DNA of 64,000 nt from Gammaproteobacteria bacterium (GTDB taxonomy: Bacteria; Pseudomonadota; Gammaproteobacteria; GCA-002705445; GCA-002716945): assembly GCA_018670435.1 (NCBI GenBank), contig JABHRC010000037.1, positions 25,467 through 89,466 on the forward strand. Reading direction: 5' to 3'. This document shows, in pieces, positions 62,106 through 64,000 of this stretch. The translations under genes and the position numbers were made by a program. Under the pieces are notes generated by a model. The model was not told the origin of the DNA. It did no database searches and saw nothing but the letters and a program-made list of their open reading frames with translations. How positions within the stretch are numbered: position 1 is the first letter of the stretch; each line of letters begins with the position of its first letter.

Positions 62106-62243
62106 ATTTGTATCTCCATATGCGATTTATCATTATAGACTTGATAAGCATGTTGTTTATCTGTTATAACTCGATAAGTTTACGGAAGTATATAATATTG
62201 TCAATGAATTTACGGAAAAAACAGGTTTTTTTAAGTTGTTATT

Positions 62244-63167
62244 ATGGAAAAAGCATTAGAGATTATCGGGCTCAATAAAATTTACAGAAATAATATACAA
62301 GCTCTGGATAATATAAATTTAACTATAGAGAAAGGCGACCTATTTGCTTTCTTAGGTCCAAATGGGGCTGGTAAATCTACAGTTATCGGGATAATTTCAT
62401 CATTAGTTAGAATTACATCTGGCGATGTATATGTTCTGGGTGAAAATATTAAAAATAATCCTGATTTTGCAAAAAGAAATATTGGTCTAGTGCCTCAAGA
62501 ATATAATTTATGTCAGTTTATTCCAATCGAAGAAACAATGATAAATGTAGCTGGTTACTTTGGTATTAATCGTAAAGATGCTGAAAAAAAAATATATACC
62601 CTCTTCAATCAATTAGGTATTTGGCATAAAAGAAAAAATACACCTAGAGAGTTATCCGGAGGAATGAAAAGGAGGCTCATGATTGCAAGAGCGCTTATAC
62701 ATAGTCCTAAAATATTAATTTTAGATGAACCGACTGCAGGTGTAGATACAGAATTACGTTTAACAATGTGGGATTTTTTTCAAGAAATTAATAATCAAGG
62801 AGTTACAATCATATTAACAACTCATTATCTTGAAGAAGCTGAAAGATTATGTAAAAACTTAGCGATCATACATAAAGGAAATATTATACAAAATTCTTCA
62901 ATGGATGAAGTATTCAATATGAAAAAGAAACATACCTACATAATCAAAACATTGGAAGAAATACAGTCTAATATTAAATCAGAAGGCTTGTCCTTTAAAA
63001 AAATTGATTCGAATACTTGCGAGATAATAGTTGATGATAGTGTTTCTATTACACATATTATTGAAAAAATGAAAGATAATAATCTTAATGTTATAAATAT
63101 TATAAGCAAGAGAAATAGGCTTGAGGAATTATTTATGGACCTCACTAAAGAAGAGATATCAGTATGA
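62244..63167 (+). CDS. ABC transporter ATP-binding protein (ABC-2 / YadG-like)
   Basis: Walker A GPNGAGKST, signature LSGGMKRR, Walker B ILILDEP; coupled to an ABC-2 permease. Confidence 0.9.
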   Translation: MEKALEIIGLNKIYRNNIQALDNINLTIEKGDLFAFLGPNGAGKSTVIGIISSLVRITSGDVYVLGENIKNNPDFAKRNIGLVPQEYNLCQFIPIEETMINVAGYFGINRKDAEKKIYTLFNQLGIWHKRKNTPRELSGGMKRRLMIARALIHSPKILILDEPTAGVDTELRLTMWDFFQEINNQGVTIILTTHYLEEAERLCKNLAIIHKGNIIQNSSMDEVFNMKKKHTYIIKTLEEIQSNIKSEGLSFKKIDSNTCEIIVDDSVSITHIIEKMKDNNLNVINIISKRNRLEELFMDLTKEEISV

Positions 63168-63934
63168 ATCATAATCTGCTTATCGCCTATGAAACCATTG
63201 TTCGGAAAGAATTCGTAAGATTTGCTCGCATATGGATACAAACAATACTTCCATCTGTTATTACTATTTTCCTATACATAACTATATTCGGAAATTTTAT
63301 TGGAGACAGAATTGGAAACATAGATAGCTTTAACTACGTAGACTATATTATTCCGGGTCTAATAATAATGCCTATTATTTCTAACTCATACATGAACGTT
63401 GTTGGTTCTTTTTATAGCTCAAGATTTCAAAAAAGTCATGAGGAGCTCCTTGTGTCCCCAGTACCGAACTATATTATTCTTTTAGGTTATGTCACAGGTG
63501 GAGTAATGAGAGCTTTTGTAGTTGGGCTTGCTGTTTATTTAGTTACTACATTATTTACAAATATTCCAATAGCTAATATTCCACTAGTTATCTTGGTAAC
63601 ATTTCTAACTGCTTTCTTGTTTTCAATTGCAGGATTCATTAATGCAATATATGCAAAAAGTTTTGATGATATAAATATTGTAACAACTTTTATACTTACT
63701 CCTCTAACCTATCTAGGCGGAACATTTTATTCTATTGATGCTCTGCCCCAAGTATGGCAGGATATTTCACTTTTTAATCCTATCGCATACATAATAAGTA
63801 CTTACAGACTAGCTTTCTTAGGAATAGAAGAGACGAGTTTATTTTTATCATTGACAATTATAGTAGTTCTTATTATTATATTATTTTTTTCAGCTTTAAT
63901 GATATTATCTAGAGGAACTGGAATAAAAAACTAA
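63164..63934 (+). CDS. ABC-2 type transporter permease (YadH-like)
   Basis: 256 aa, 6 TM, ATGA-type overlap with the upstream ATPase. Confidence 0.85.
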   Translation: MNHNLLIAYETIVRKEFVRFARIWIQTILPSVITIFLYITIFGNFIGDRIGNIDSFNYVDYIIPGLIIMPIISNSYMNVVGSFYSSRFQKSHEELLVSPVPNYIILLGYVTGGVMRAFVVGLAVYLVTTLFTNIPIANIPLVILVTFLTAFLFSIAGFINAIYAKSFDDINIVTTFILTPLTYLGGTFYSIDALPQVWQDISLFNPIAYIISTYRLAFLGIEETSLFLSLTIIVVLIIILFFSALMILSRGTGIKN

Positions 63935-63957
63935 CAACTTATGAAGTTGGGAAAGTC

Positions 63958-64000
63958 AGTAAATCAATTCTGACGCTGCCCCCGCAACGGTATAATAGTC
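63958..64000 (+). ncRNA. ffs: Possible 5' part of SRP (4.5S) RNA, truncated by the window end
   Basis: CTGCCCCCGCAACGGTATAATAGTC resembles the E. coli 4.5S 5' segment TCTCCCGCAACGCTACTCTG as I recall it (shared CCCGCAACG.TA). The 5' boundary is a guess and the conserved GGAA tetraloop region would lie outside the window. Confidence 0.3.

Noticed and set aside
63935-63949. The CAACTT-ATG-AAGTTG hairpin after the ABC-2 permease as a terminator
   Set aside because: It has only a 6-bp A/T-rich stem with a 3-nt loop and no downstream U-tract.
1-64000. CRISPR arrays, IS elements, integrases, rRNA operons and large tandem or inverted repeats
   Set aside because: No intergenic gap exceeds about 200 nt, and every long ORF has a housekeeping assignment or a membrane-protein character. 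I saw no repeat-spacer periodicity. An exhaustive repeat search by eye is not possible, so short dispersed repeats cannot be excluded.

Overview
The window is very AT-rich (roughly 30% G+C by eye) and extremely compact. About 70 genes fill it, and my tally of intergenic gaps is only about 1.6 kb of 64 kb. Nearly everything is core housekeeping, and the gene order is typical of Gammaproteobacteria. The main blocks are: nuoH-A; tRNA-Leu-secG-tpiA-glmM-folP-ftsH-rlmE; carAB; petABC-sspA; murA-hisG-hisD; yrbG-kdsDC-lptC-lptB-rpoN-ptsN-rapZ-PTS(Ntr); argFD; ilvD; rnd; ampDE. This fits a genome-streamlined, free-living, probably marine lineage, but that taxonomic placement is inference only. I saw no CRISPR array, transposase, integrase, prophage or rRNA. 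I found no convincing stand-alone novel multi-gene system such as a defence island. The items that deviate from the canonical clusters are listed here. (1) lptA is missing, and the elongated LptC has a C-terminal tail that resembles LptA. (2) An RND/MMPL exporter, a lone mlaC and mlaA sit where mlaFEDCB normally lies. (3) A malyl-CoA lyase plus malate thiokinase (mcl-mtkAB) module is present that would easily be mislabelled sucCD. (4) The tRNA-Leu has anticodon AAG (A34) when I fold it by hand. (5) A RecB/Cas4-type PD-(D/E)XK nuclease is embedded in the ftsH-folP operon. (6) A DAHP synthase is translationally coupled between hisG and hisD. (7) The rpoN-PTS(Ntr) cluster lacks hpf and hprK.
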